Source of the DNA: Spirochaetia bacterium
GTDB taxonomy: Bacteria > Spirochaetota > Spirochaetia > SZUA-6 > Bin103
Assembly (NCBI GenBank): GCA_965208575.1
Contig: CBDBOV010000002.1
Coordinates: 672,001 to 736,000 of the forward strand
Direction of reading: 5' to 3'
DNA length: 64,000 nucleotides
Shown here: positions 21,111 through 31,612 of the stretch, one piece after another
Position numbering within the stretch: the stretch's first letter is position 1
Layout of the letters: every line of letters starts with the position of its first letter
Made by a program: the position numbers and the translations under genes
The notes under the pieces: generated by a model
The model's input: the letters and a program-made list of their open reading frames with translations, nothing else
What the model was told of the DNA's origin: nothing
Database searches by the model: none

Positions 21111-22901
21111 CTACCGCGAGGCGGGGTGGATGGCCGCGATCAGCGTCCCGGCGGCCGGATCGGGGATGTGCGAACGGGTGCCGTCCGGCCAGCGGATCTC
21201 CAGGCGGGTGAGGGTGGCGCCGCGCGGAACGCCGAAGTGCAGGCGGCTGGGGTCGCCGGAGAAGTAGCCGCTCTGCGACCGCACCTCGCGGGTCAGCTGC
21301 AGCGGCGCTCCGCCCAGCTCGCCGACCAGCCGCACCTGGGCGCCGATGGCGTGCGTGTTGCCGGTGCCGGGCTGGCGCAGGTCGACCAGCAGGTTGGCGC
21401 CGCCGCACACCCGGTTCTCGAACACCTGCGACGGTTCGCGCATGTTGCTCACCACCACGTCCAGGTCGCCGTCGCCGTCCAGGTCGGCCATGCTCATGCC
21501 GCGCCCGCTGCGCTCGCTGCCCAGTCCCCACTCCGGCGCCGGCACGAAGCTGCCGTCGCCCAGGTTGCGCAGCGCCTGGTTCCGCTCCACCAACTCGTCA
21601 TCGGGCAGGTGGCCGAACACCAGCGCGTCGATCATGCCGTTCACCGCGTACAGGTCCAGGAAGCCGTCGCTGTCCAGGTCGCCGAACTTGGCGGACCAGG
21701 TCCAGCCGGTGGCGTCCACGCCGCGCTCCGGGGCCGCGTTGTCGAATGCAGCCTCCCCGTCCGCGCCGGTGCCGGGTGCGGGCAGAAGCAGCACGTTCTC
21801 GTTGGCCTGCACGTCGTCGGGCGGCGGCAGGATGGTGATCCGCTCCCACGCGTAGCTCACCGCCTCATCGCGCCGGTAGGGCTTCATGTCGGCCACGAAC
21901 AACTCGTCGCGGCCGTCGTTGTCGATGTCGCCGGCGTCGTAGCTCATGGTGTTGGTGGCGGTGGCGCGGAACGGCGCCGCTTCCAGCCATCCGGTGTCGG
22001 TGTGCGGAGCGCGCAGGAACACCTGGTCCGGGTGGTCGTAGTCGTTGCCGACGATGATGTCGGGGAGCCGGTCGCCATTCAGGTCGGTAAGCAGCACCGC
22101 CAGCGCCTCCGCCGTCTTGCCGAGCAGGGTAAGGTGCAGGCTGCCGTCGCGGTTCTCGTAGTAGGCCGCCCCGCCGCCGAGGGCGAATCCGTCGCCCAGG
22201 TCGGGCAGCTCGCTGTTGTAGCTGCCGGTCACCAGGTCCAGGTCGCCGTCGCCGTCCAGGTCGGCCCAGCCCATGGCGTTGGCGATGTAGCCGGCGCCGA
22301 GGCGGGCCACGCGCTGGAAGCGGTCGTAGGCGGCGGCGTCGGGGCCGTCCGCCCCCAGGCTCAGCCACAGCGACGGCGGCGCGGCCGGGTGGGTAAAGGC
22401 CAGGTCCAGCCAGCCGTCACCGTCGAAGTCGATGGCGTTGACCGCGCGCGCGGCGCCGGTGGCCAGCGGCTCGGCGCGGAATTGCATGCCGCCCTCGTTC
22501 CAGTACACCGTGCTCGGGCGCGCCAGGTTGGCCAGCACCAGGTCCTGGTCGCCATCGTTGTCCAGGTCGCCCACGGCAAGGCCGGAGCCGATGGTGTCGA
22601 AGTTGGTGATGCGCCCGCCGAGCCACTCGATGCGGTGCTCCAGGTCGATGGCCGCAAAGCCGCCGTCGCACGCCGCCGGCGCGGCCAGCGGTGTCGCGGT
22701 ATATGGCGGCGGCGCGGCCGGCGGTAACGCCGAAACCGCGAGCGCCGGCGGACCGGACGCACACGCCGCCAACACCGTCAGCGCCGCGAGCAACAGCGAT
22801 GCCAGGCCGGCGGCCCGACAACGCCGCCTCGGGGCGCACGTGGCTGTTGCCCCTCGCCGCGGCGGAGCGGTTGCGCGTGCGCCGCGCCCCGGACGCGGCA
22901 C
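21111..22901 (-). CDS. CRTAC1-like FG-GAP/VCBS-repeat lipoprotein with ASPIC/UnbV domain (start uncertain)
   Basis: Lipobox LAAC, repeated DLDxDGDxD motifs, C-terminal SQSGYFSGDPSRLHFG...IRWPDG. Confidence 0.82.
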   Translation of the reverse strand: MPRPGRGARATAPPRRGATATCAPRRRCRAAGLASLLLAALTVLAACASGPPALAVSALPPAAPPPYTATPLAAPAACDGGFAAIDLEHRIEWLGGRITNFDTIGSGLAVGDLDNDGDQDLVLANLARPSTVYWNEGGMQFRAEPLATGAARAVNAIDFDGDGWLDLAFTHPAAPPSLWLSLGADGPDAAAYDRFQRVARLGAGYIANAMGWADLDGDGDLDLVTGSYNSELPDLGDGFALGGGAAYYENRDGSLHLTLLGKTAEALAVLLTDLNGDRLPDIIVGNDYDHPDQVFLRAPHTDTGWLEAAPFRATATNTMSYDAGDIDNDGRDELFVADMKPYRRDEAVSYAWERITILPPPDDVQANENVLLLPAPGTGADGEAAFDNAAPERGVDATGWTWSAKFGDLDSDGFLDLYAVNGMIDALVFGHLPDDELVERNQALRNLGDGSFVPAPEWGLGSERSGRGMSMADLDGDGDLDVVVSNMREPSQVFENRVCGGANLLVDLRQPGTGNTHAIGAQVRLVGELGGAPLQLTREVRSQSGYFSGDPSRLHFGVPRGATLTRLEIRWPDGTRSHIPDPAAGTLIAAIHPASR

Positions 22902-23455
22902 AACGCCGTCCTGGCGGAGCCGCCCCCGGCACCACTGCGGCAGGACCGAGACGCACGCGCGCGGCGCCGGCGCGGCGCGCCCGGTGGTGAGACCGGGCTG
23001 CGCCCGGACCCGAAGCGCGTTGGTGCCGCGCCGAAGCGGAACGGCAGCACCGCGGCCGGCGCCCGCGCCCGCGCCGCCAAGTGGCGTGGTGATGCACCGG
23101 CCGTCACGGACCGGAGTGGGGCGCCGGGCCGCAGCGGCGGGCGAGCGTGGCGGCACACCTCCGCAACCGGCGCCGCGCGGCGTGCCGGAAGCGGTCCGGG
23201 TGTGCACCGTGGTCAGCTTCGCTGGCCGTCGCGCCCCGGCAACGCGGACTCCTCGCCCGCACCCGGTATTCGCGGCGCTACGGGCACGCCGCGGTGCCGA
23301 GCCGCGGTGCCGCGCGGCCGTTCGCTCGTGCAACGTGGGCGGAGCGGCCGGCGCCCGCGCCGGCGCACCGAACGGGCCGCACGCAGCGTCTCGTTCGGGC
23401 GCAACGGGGTCGCTCACCGGGGCTGCCGGCGCGCCGGTCAGGCGTGAGGCGGCGG

Positions 23456-25177
23456 TCACCGGCGGGTCACGGTCACGCGGGTTGCGGCGGCCAGGTCGCG
23501 CACCACCGAGCGTTCGCCGTCGGGCCAGGTGATTGTCAGCGCCGCGGGCGCGTCGCCGGCGGGTATGCCGAAGTGCAGGCGGCTGGTGTCGCCCGACAGG
23601 TAGCCGCTCTGCGCGCGCACCTCGCGCCGTATCTCCACCCCCGCCGCGGTGGTCAGCACCGCCCCGGCGCCGAGGGCGTGGGTGTTGGCGGTGCCGGGCC
23701 GGCGCAGGTCGACCAGCAGGTGGCCGCCGCCCTCGCACAGGCGGTTCTCGAACACCTGCGACGGGGCGCGCAGGTTGCTCACCACGATGTCCAGATCGCC
23801 GTCGCCGTCCAGGTCCGCCATGCTCATGCCGCGCCCGCTGCGCGTGCTGCCCAGGCCCCACTCCGGAACGGTCGCGAAGCTGCCGTCGCCGGCGCCGCGC
23901 AGCGCCTGGTTCTCCTCCACCAGCTCGTCGCCCGGCAGGTGGCCGAACACCTCCACGGTAATCACGCCGTTGACCACGTACAGGTCCAGGAAGCCGTCGC
24001 CGTCCAGGTCGCCGAACTTGGCCGACCAGCTCCAGCCGGTGGCATCTACCCCCGCCGCTGCCGCCCGGTCCCGGTAGCCGCCCTCGGCGCCGGTCGCCAG
24101 CAGCACGTTGGCGTTCACCTGCACCTCGTCCGGCGGACTGGCGGTGCCCAGGTCGCCCCATGCGTCGCGCGTCTCGGCGTCGTCGCGGTACGGCTTCATG
24201 TCGGCGGCGAACAGCTCGAAGCGGCCGTCGTTGTCGACGTCGCCGGCGTCGTAGCTCATCGTGTTGGTGGGCGTGGCGGCGAACGGCTCCACCTGCGCCC
24301 AGCCCATCGGCGCCTCGGGGTCGCGGGTGAACACGTAGTCGGGGCGGGCGTAGTCGTTGCCGATCACGATCTCGCGCGCGCCGTCGCCGTCCAGGTCGGT
24401 CACCAGCACCGCCAGCGCGTCGGCGCCCGAGACCAGCAGCGCCGGCAGCAGGCCGGGGTTGCGGTTCTCGTAGTAGGCCACGCCGCCGCCGGGGATGAAG
24501 CCGTCGAACTCCTTGGCCAGCAGGTAGTCGTAGGTGGCGGTGACGATGTCCAGGTCGCCGTCGCCGTCCAGGTCGCTCCAGTCCATCACGTGCGCGAAGT
24601 AGCCGGCGCCGAAGTCGGGGTCGCGCACGAAGCGGCGCCCGCTCCCGGCGGCACCCCCGGAGCCCTCCTCCGCCGGCGTGTTGCGCCACAGGGCGGGCGG
24701 GCGGTTGGTGTGGGTCACGGCCAGGTCGAGCCAGCCGTCGCCGTCGCTGTCCACCGCCACGATGGCGCTGGTGGGCTTGCTGTCCTCGGCGCTGGTCAGG
24801 TCCGTACGCCGGAACCGCGGTGCGCCGCCGGGCGCGGTTTCGTTCCACAGCAGGGCGGTCGGGCCGTCCAGGTTGGCCAGCACCAGGTCGACGTCGCCGT
24901 CGTTGTCCAGGTCGCCGGCGGCCAGGCCGGCGCCGAGCGAGTCGTAGTTGAACACCCGTGGCGAGTCCACCTCTATTTCGTGCGCCAGGTCGGCGGCGAC
25001 GAACGTGCCGCTGCACTGTCCGGCGGCGAGCGGGACCGTCTCCACGCTCACCGGGGCGTGGCCCGCCAGCACGTCCGTCAGGGAAGCGCACCCGCTGAGG
25101 CACAGTACCGCGGCGAGCGCCAGCAATGCAGGCCGGGCGGTTGCAGCATGGGAACGCCAGGTTGACCGAATATCCAA
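23456..25177 (-). CDS. Second CRTAC1-like FG-GAP/ASPIC-UnbV lipoprotein (tandem paralogue; start uncertain)
   Basis: Lipobox LSGC, DLDNDGDVD repeats, AQSGYLSGDTSRLHFG...TWPDG. Confidence 0.82.
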   Translation of the reverse strand: MDIRSTWRSHAATARPALLALAAVLCLSGCASLTDVLAGHAPVSVETVPLAAGQCSGTFVAADLAHEIEVDSPRVFNYDSLGAGLAAGDLDNDGDVDLVLANLDGPTALLWNETAPGGAPRFRRTDLTSAEDSKPTSAIVAVDSDGDGWLDLAVTHTNRPPALWRNTPAEEGSGGAAGSGRRFVRDPDFGAGYFAHVMDWSDLDGDGDLDIVTATYDYLLAKEFDGFIPGGGVAYYENRNPGLLPALLVSGADALAVLVTDLDGDGAREIVIGNDYARPDYVFTRDPEAPMGWAQVEPFAATPTNTMSYDAGDVDNDGRFELFAADMKPYRDDAETRDAWGDLGTASPPDEVQVNANVLLATGAEGGYRDRAAAAGVDATGWSWSAKFGDLDGDGFLDLYVVNGVITVEVFGHLPGDELVEENQALRGAGDGSFATVPEWGLGSTRSGRGMSMADLDGDGDLDIVVSNLRAPSQVFENRLCEGGGHLLVDLRRPGTANTHALGAGAVLTTAAGVEIRREVRAQSGYLSGDTSRLHFGIPAGDAPAALTITWPDGERSVVRDLAAATRVTVTRR

Positions 25178-25241
25178 AGCGTCGGTATGGTAGCCTGTCA
25201 CGCAATTCCAATAAACCGAGGTTTGGAAGGAGGAAGATGAA

Positions 25242-27281
25242 GTGACCAATTTCATGAATCGAATACTCATGAATCGATTGCTGGCGCTCGGCCTGGTAAT
25301 GGCGGCGCCGGCGATGCTGATGGCCGGCGGCGAGTCCGACAGCGGGACCGCCAGTGCCGGCGCCGTCGCGATGGCGGCACCCGGCCAGTTCAGCGAGGCG
25401 CCGATGCTGGCGGCCATGGTGGCGGCCGGCGAGTTGCCGCCGCTGGAGGAGCGCATCGCCGCCGATCCGGTGGTGCAGGAAATGCTCGCCGACGGCGTCG
25501 GCAAGTATGGCGGCACGCTGCGGGTGTCGGACGCCACCGGTGCGATGAACCGGCGCGGACACGAGATGACCAACCAGGAGGTGGACATCTACCTGCTCAA
25601 GATGCACCAGGAGACGCGCGAGATCCTGCCCAACATCGCCAAGGGCTACGACGTGTCGGCCGACGGCCTCACGGTGACCCTGGAGCTGCGCGCCGGTACC
25701 AAGTGGTCCAACGGCGACCCGTTCATCGTCGACGACATCATGTTCGTGATGGAGGACCTGCGGTGGGATGACCGGGTCGATCCCGGCTGGCGCCCCAACG
25801 AGACGCCGCCCACCGCGACCAGCCTCACCAAGATCGACGACTACACGCTGCAGTTCAACCTGTCGGCCAAAGACCACGTGATCATCCCCGGCTGGACCAC
25901 CTGGAAGGGCGGCAACTACGTGCAGTACGCGCCGAGCACGTTCCTGAAGCAGTGGCACATCCGCTACAACGCGGACGCCCAGAAGCTGGCCGAGGAAGAG
26001 GGCTTCGAAACCTGGGCCGAGGCGGTGGTCGCGCACTGGGACATCGTGGTCGGCGTCGGCCTGTTGGAGACGCCCACCATGTTCCCGTGGGTGCCCAAGG
26101 AGATCGGCGCGCAGGCGGAGATCTGGGAGCGCAACGCCTACTTCTGGAAGGTCGACCCGGCCGGCCAGCAGCTCCCCTACATCGACCGCGTGCTGTCCAC
26201 GCCCAACGCCGACGTGGAGGTGTTCAACCTCAAGGCGATCGCCGGCGAGGTGGACTGGGCGATCGCGCAGACCAACTTCGCGTCGCTGCCCGACTACAAG
26301 GAGAACGAGGATCGCGGCAACTACAAGATCACGCTCGTTCCCGGTGTCGACGTGGGCCGCGCATTCGGCTTCAACCCCACCTACAAGGATGAGAAGTACC
26401 GTGCCCTGTTCCACGACGTGCGTTTCCGGCGCGCCATGTCGGTGGCGCTCGACCGCGACGAACTGAACGAGGTGTACTTCCTCGGTCTCGGCCGCCCGAC
26501 CGCGGCCACCATCCACTCCGACGCCCGCTTCTACCGACCCGAGTGGCAGACCCTGTGGGCCACCTACGATCCCGATCTGGCCAACCAGCTGCTCGACGAG
26601 GTCGGCCTCGACGGGCGCGACCGCGACGGCTTCCGGACCTTCCCGGACGGCTCCAACCTGACCATCCAGGTCGCCGCCCGCACCGGCGGTTCGGTCGACA
26701 TCAGCAAGCTGTTTGAGATCGAGATCGCGCAGTGGGGGGACGTCGGACTGCGCGTGGTGCCGCGCCTGGTGGACAACGCCGCCTGGGGCGAGAACCGCGA
26801 ACAGGACGAGTTCATGCTGCAGCCGGGCGTCATCGACGCCATCACCGAGTTCTGGAACTGGATCAATGACGGTGCCGGCTCCGGCGGCGTCGGCCTGCAC
26901 GGCGACTTCAACATGGCCGGCAGCTACGACATCTGGGAGACCGCGCGCGTGGCGATCGAACGCGGCGAGCGCAAGCTGGAGGACTTCGGCGGCGAGTTGC
27001 CCGGCACCGAGCCGCCCGAGGAGTGGAAGCGCTACTTCCAGTGGCAGCGCGATTTCGGGGCATCCGAATTCGGCACCCCCGAATGGGTCGAGATCGCGCA
27101 GAAGATGTACGACTGGACCGGCGACAACGTGTTCGTCATCGGCACCGTCGGCGAGGCGCCCGCGGTCCTGCTCACCAGCCAGGACCTGCGCAACGTCCCG
27201 ACCGAGTTCCCGGTCTCCAACACCGACTGGAAGGGCAACCTGATGTACTGGGCCGACCAGCTCTGGTTCGACCGCGAGTAG
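25242..27281 (+). CDS. ABC transporter substrate-binding protein, family 5
   Basis: GGAGG RBS, signal peptide, EAPMLAAMVAAGELPPLEERI, GKYGGTL, KWSNGDPF, QLPYID, RFRRAMSVA. Confidence 0.92.
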   Translation: MTNFMNRILMNRLLALGLVMAAPAMLMAGGESDSGTASAGAVAMAAPGQFSEAPMLAAMVAAGELPPLEERIAADPVVQEMLADGVGKYGGTLRVSDATGAMNRRGHEMTNQEVDIYLLKMHQETREILPNIAKGYDVSADGLTVTLELRAGTKWSNGDPFIVDDIMFVMEDLRWDDRVDPGWRPNETPPTATSLTKIDDYTLQFNLSAKDHVIIPGWTTWKGGNYVQYAPSTFLKQWHIRYNADAQKLAEEEGFETWAEAVVAHWDIVVGVGLLETPTMFPWVPKEIGAQAEIWERNAYFWKVDPAGQQLPYIDRVLSTPNADVEVFNLKAIAGEVDWAIAQTNFASLPDYKENEDRGNYKITLVPGVDVGRAFGFNPTYKDEKYRALFHDVRFRRAMSVALDRDELNEVYFLGLGRPTAATIHSDARFYRPEWQTLWATYDPDLANQLLDEVGLDGRDRDGFRTFPDGSNLTIQVAARTGGSVDISKLFEIEIAQWGDVGLRVVPRLVDNAAWGENREQDEFMLQPGVIDAITEFWNWINDGAGSGGVGLHGDFNMAGSYDIWETARVAIERGERKLEDFGGELPGTEPPEEWKRYFQWQRDFGASEFGTPEWVEIAQKMYDWTGDNVFVIGTVGEAPAVLLTSQDLRNVPTEFPVSNTDWKGNLMYWADQLWFDRE

Positions 27282-27307
27282 CCTCTCTACTCGCAACCTG
27301 ATCATGA

Positions 27308-27332
27308 GGGCCGGCCGCCAAGTGGCCGGCCC
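27308..27332 (+). terminator. GC-rich hairpin after the binding-protein gene
   Basis: GGGCCGGCC-N7-GGCCGGCCC inverted repeat; no U-tract. Confidence 0.4.
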
Positions 27333-27358
27333 AACGCCGCCCTGTCGAAGCAAGGTCC

Positions 27359-27565
27359 GTGAGCCGTTGCAGCTTTACGACTACAACTCGTCTCGACCTG
27401 CAACAGATTCACGACTATATCGCCGTAGATAATCCTGCGGCGGCCCTTCGGTTTGTCGATCGACTTCAGGCGCAGTGCGCCACGCTCGCCGACCATCCTT
27501 CACGTCCGCCAGGGGAGCCAGCACTTGGCACGGCTGTTCAGCGCGGGACAGTGACACCCGCGTGA
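27359..27565 (+). pseudogene. Truncated ParE/RelE toxin remnant
   Basis: DLQQIHDYIAVDNPAAALRFVDRLQAQCATLADHP then loss of similarity; no antitoxin upstream. Confidence 0.7.
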
Positions 27566-27571
27566 GACACC

Positions 27572-29434
27572 GTGAGTCCTGAACGCCATCGACGCGTGGG
27601 GAATGCAAGTCGCGAGCGCTTCTCCGGCCGCCGCTACAACGTGCTGCGTGGCCTCTGGATCGCGTTTGAGGACGCCCCGGGCGCGGCCGTCGTGCGGGGG
27701 CTGGCGGCCCTGGCGGCCGGCGCCGCCACCGGCCCGCTGCTGGTGCTGGCCACCGAACGCTTCATCGCCACCGCCCTGGAAGTGGCGGCAGGCGGACTGC
27801 CGTTCGCGGCTGTCGCCGCGCCGGTACTTGTCCTGCTCACCCTGTTCGCCGTGCAGATCCTGGAGACCGTGGTGCGCAGCTTGGCCGATGCCCGTATCGA
27901 GATGGGCCTGCGCCGCGGCTTCCGCGCCGACTTGACCGAGAAGCGGGCGCGCCTGGAATACCAGTACATCGAAAGCCCCGATACGGCCGACCTGCTGCGC
28001 CGCGTCGTCTCTGGACCGCAAATGGAGTCGCAGCCGGCGCCTGAGCGAGGGCCTGCGAAGCAGGCCTTCGACGATAGCATCGCACTGGGGGCCATCGCCG
28101 TGCGGGTAATTGGAATCGCCGTCGTCCTCGCCCGACTCGAGTGGTGGATCGTGCCGGTGGTGATGGCGGTAATGGTTCCGTTCGTGCTCCTTGGGGTGCG
28201 CAGCGGGCGCCGGCTGTACGAGTTCGAGCGCCGCGTTGCCCATCACCGCCGCCGCGCCGAGTATCTGTCCGAGGAAGTGCTGCAGGGGCGCGATGCGGCC
28301 GCCGAGCGAAACTTGTTCGGCTACACGAGCTACGTGAATGCCCGCTGGCGGACCTTCTTCGACCCGGTGATCCGATTGCAGGCGCTGTGGAACTTGCGGA
28401 GCTGGCTGCAAACGAAGTCGGCGGCGCTGCTGATCATCGTAGCCATCATCATCGCCATGTTGGCGTTTCTCCAACCACTGCAGGCCGGCGTGATCGACGT
28501 GGCCTTCTACGTCGCCGCGGTTACGGCTCTGTTGCAGGCACAGCGCACGATCAGTCAGCAGTTGGTCGATGTCACGTCTCGTCTCGCTCAACATCGGGAG
28601 TACTTCTTCGATCTGCAACAGTTCGCGGCCCTGAATGAGACACGCCGGTCGCTCACGCGACGTGCACCGGAACACGCGTTCGAGTCAATCGCGTTCGAGG
28701 ACGTCCGCTTTCGGTATCCCGGGACCGATGTGCCGGTCTTGGATGGGATCGGCTTTCGGATCGAAGCCGGGCAACACTACGCGCTGGTCGGCGCTAACGG
28801 GTCCGGCAAGTCGACAATCACCAAGCTCATGCTGGGACTGTATTCGCCAACCGGTGGCAGGATCGTGGTCAACGACATACCAAGCGAGGAGTGGTCACAG
28901 GATGCCCTGAATGGCCTCTTTGGGGTCGTGTTCCAGGACTTTGCCTGCTACTCGCTTACGGTTCGTGACAACATTGCGCTTGGCAGTCTCTCCTCCGAGG
29001 ACGATTCCTCGGTTGCGGCAAGCTTGGAGCTCGCCGGCCTCAACGGGTTCGTCAAGCACTTGCCGCGCGGCTACGAGACGCCGCTTGGCAAAGTGCTGGC
29101 CGGCGGCGTCGATCTATCGGGCGGGCAGTGGCAGCGACTTGCCGTGGCCCGTTCGCTGGCCAGTGCGGCGCCCGTACGCATCCTCGACGAGCCAACTGCA
29201 GCGCTGGATCCGCTGGCGGAGAACGAGGTGTACAAGTCCTACTCCCGCGTGTCGGCGGGACTGACGACTCTGTTCATCAGTCACCGGCTGGGGTCGACCA
29301 AGATCGCGGACCGGATTCTCGTACTCCACGACGGGGTGATCAAGGAGTCGGGCACACACGACCACCTTATGCAACAGGGCGGCGTGTATGCGCAGATGTT
29401 CAAGGCACAGGAAAGCTGGTATGCAGCGGGATAG
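27572..29434 (+). CDS. ABC exporter, fused permease/ATPase
   Basis: TM N-half, GANGSGKS, LSGGQWQR, ILDEPT, SHRL. Confidence 0.9.
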   Translation: MSPERHRRVGNASRERFSGRRYNVLRGLWIAFEDAPGAAVVRGLAALAAGAATGPLLVLATERFIATALEVAAGGLPFAAVAAPVLVLLTLFAVQILETVVRSLADARIEMGLRRGFRADLTEKRARLEYQYIESPDTADLLRRVVSGPQMESQPAPERGPAKQAFDDSIALGAIAVRVIGIAVVLARLEWWIVPVVMAVMVPFVLLGVRSGRRLYEFERRVAHHRRRAEYLSEEVLQGRDAAAERNLFGYTSYVNARWRTFFDPVIRLQALWNLRSWLQTKSAALLIIVAIIIAMLAFLQPLQAGVIDVAFYVAAVTALLQAQRTISQQLVDVTSRLAQHREYFFDLQQFAALNETRRSLTRRAPEHAFESIAFEDVRFRYPGTDVPVLDGIGFRIEAGQHYALVGANGSGKSTITKLMLGLYSPTGGRIVVNDIPSEEWSQDALNGLFGVVFQDFACYSLTVRDNIALGSLSSEDDSSVAASLELAGLNGFVKHLPRGYETPLGKVLAGGVDLSGGQWQRLAVARSLASAAPVRILDEPTAALDPLAENEVYKSYSRVSAGLTTLFISHRLGSTKIADRILVLHDGVIKESGTHDHLMQQGGVYAQMFKAQESWYAAG

Positions 29435-31196
29435 CCGGCCCTCCTATGTGCGCATCCTGGCCAGGGTTATCGCCATCGTGGGGCGTCGTGCCCCAGTCAC
29501 GTTTGGGGTACTCGTGGCAGTCGACCTCGTTCTCATGGGTGCGAACGTGCTTGGATTCTACCTCTTGGAGGGGGTCATCTCGCGACTGGGTAACACCCAG
29601 CATCTGGACGAGATCGTTGCAGCTATCGTCGTCGTCGGCATCGTGCTGGTGATTCCGGAATTGCTGGAAATGGCCGCCGATCCCATTGCCACGCTCTTTT
29701 GGGGCAGGAGCATCGGGGCACTTACCGAGATGATGAATGACAAGGTGAAGCGGTTGGAGGTGATCGACTTCGAGACCCTCGATGCCAACGAACGCCTGCA
29801 GTTGGCTGCTTCCGGAAAGTACGGCGCCGTTTCAATGCTGCTGTCGTTCCTGTTCCCGATGTTTCAACTGGTTTTCTTCGCCCTTGCGGGTATTTATCTC
29901 TACACGCTTTCGCCGCTTCTGACCCTGGTGATTCCGTTCATCTTCGCTCCCCGTATTGCGATCCACCTGGTGCGCGGCAGCCGCTACTACCGGCTCGAAC
30001 GCAAGACGGTACCGACACTGCGGGAATATCAGTACCTGGAGCAGTGCGTAGTCGATCGCGAGTACTTCAAGGAAACCAGGGTCCTTGGCGCGGGTGCGCA
30101 TTTCCTGCAGCGGTATCGAGACACGATTCGCCGATTCAACACGCAACGATGGCACGAAGATCGTCGTATCGCAAGGATCGAACTGGGGCTGAACGTCCTC
30201 GTCGCACTCGGTTACGGCGGCGCGTTTGTGCTGGCGGCGCTTCTGTTGGCCTCGGGCAGCATCGGCGTCGGCGGGTTCGCGGTGGTGATCTACGCGGTGA
30301 GCAAGTTCATGCTGATGACCGAGGCCGTAACGGAGATGTTCGGTGAGTCGTATCGCGCCAGTGCGACCGCGGCGCATTTCATCGAGTTTCTCGAGCGCGA
30401 CGAGGGCAGACCGATGATGAATGGTGAGTGCAGCGAACCGGCGGCCGGCGTAGCGGCGCGTGCGGTTGCCTTCACCTACCCGGGAACCGAGCGCGCGGCG
30501 GTAAGTGAGATCAACCTGGAGGTCACGCCCGGCACAACGCTCGCGCTGGTGGGAGCCAACGGCGCCGGCAAGACCACGCTCGCCAAGCTGCTGCTCGGGC
30601 TGTACGTGCCGAGCGCCGGGCGGGTAGTCCGGCGGGGCGTCGACACCCGGGAGGCGGCCAGGAGCAACATTCGGGCCGGTACCTCGGCGGTGTTCCAGAA
30701 CTACCAGCGCTACCAGATGAGCCTGCGCGATAACGTGGTCCTGGCCGATACCGCGGCAGGGTCTGACGAGGAGCGGGTACTGCGGGCGCTGCGCGACGGC
30801 GGCGTGCCCGACGAGCTTTGGCAGGGTCCGGACGGGCTCGACGTGATGCTGTCGCGGGAGTTCGGCACTCGCGACCTGTCGCTCGGGCAGTGGCAGCGCC
30901 TGGCGATCGCGCGCGGGTTGTTCCGGGAGCATGACACGATCCTGCTGGACGAACCGACCGCGTCGATCGACCCGCTGGAGGAGCAGGCGGTGTACCAGCG
31001 GTTCATGAAGATCGCGGCCGGACGCACCGCCATCATCGTCACCCACCGGCTCGCGTCGGCACGCCTCGCCGACCGCATCCTGGTGCTGGATGGCGGGCGG
31101 ATCGTCGAAGACGGCACCCACGAGGAGCTGCTCGCCCGCCGCGGCCTGTACCATCGCATGTTCACCGCCCAGGCGGCCTGGTACCGGAGGAACTGA
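29421..31196 (+). CDS. ABC exporter, fused permease/ATPase (probable heterodimer partner)
   Basis: GANGAGKT, LSLGQWQR, LLDEPT, THRL; overlaps the previous gene. Confidence 0.9.
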   Translation: MQRDSRPSYVRILARVIAIVGRRAPVTFGVLVAVDLVLMGANVLGFYLLEGVISRLGNTQHLDEIVAAIVVVGIVLVIPELLEMAADPIATLFWGRSIGALTEMMNDKVKRLEVIDFETLDANERLQLAASGKYGAVSMLLSFLFPMFQLVFFALAGIYLYTLSPLLTLVIPFIFAPRIAIHLVRGSRYYRLERKTVPTLREYQYLEQCVVDREYFKETRVLGAGAHFLQRYRDTIRRFNTQRWHEDRRIARIELGLNVLVALGYGGAFVLAALLLASGSIGVGGFAVVIYAVSKFMLMTEAVTEMFGESYRASATAAHFIEFLERDEGRPMMNGECSEPAAGVAARAVAFTYPGTERAAVSEINLEVTPGTTLALVGANGAGKTTLAKLLLGLYVPSAGRVVRRGVDTREAARSNIRAGTSAVFQNYQRYQMSLRDNVVLADTAAGSDEERVLRALRDGGVPDELWQGPDGLDVMLSREFGTRDLSLGQWQRLAIARGLFREHDTILLDEPTASIDPLEEQAVYQRFMKIAAGRTAIIVTHRLASARLADRILVLDGGRIVEDGTHEELLARRGLYHRMFTAQAAWYRRN

Positions 31197-31255
31197 CGCG
31201 CGCGGGTGGGTGCAATTGCTTGCGAGCGCCGGGTACTGCTGCTACCCTTGATCGC

Positions 31256-31612
31256 GTGGCATCTCCCCGCTTCTCCACCGATGTTCTGGACCGGGCGATC
31301 GAACGGCGCCGCCGCGCCGCTGAGCAACTCAGGACGGCGACGAGAGCGCGCCTGGCGCACGCGCTGGAGGCCGCGCCGGTGCCGGTCGAACGCGCGATCA
31401 TCTTCGGTTCCATAGATCGTCCCGGCCACTTCGACGCCAACTCCGACGTCGACGTCGCCGTCGGCGAGCTTCGGGCGCGCGACTACTTCACGCTCAAGAG
31501 CTACCTGGAACACGCCCTGTGCCGGGAGGTAGACCTGGTAGAGTTCGACCGCTGCCACTTCGCGGCCAGCATCCGGCGCACCGGTACGAAATGGACGAGG
31601 CACGCTACGTAG
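31256..31612 (+). CDS. Minimal nucleotidyltransferase (MNT) antitoxin; start uncertain
   Basis: IFGS-x10-DVD motif, EVDLVE. Confidence 0.85.
   Translation: MASPRFSTDVLDRAIERRRRAAEQLRTATRARLAHALEAAPVPVERAIIFGSIDRPGHFDANSDVDVAVGELRARDYFTLKSYLEHALCREVDLVEFDRCHFAASIRRTGTKWTRHAT

Noticed and set aside
22902-23455. Long GC-rich intergenic stretch as an ncRNA or hidden gene (also 10150-10418, 20875-21110)
   Set aside because: No recognisable motif, repeat or coding signal; hairpins are expected by chance at this GC content.
21111-27353. 2080-aa minus-strand ORF as a giant protein
   Set aside because: Only the last ~600 aa are real (FG-GAP protein); the rest is antisense to the binding-protein gene or off-frame over the second paralogue, typical of high-GC shadow ORFs.
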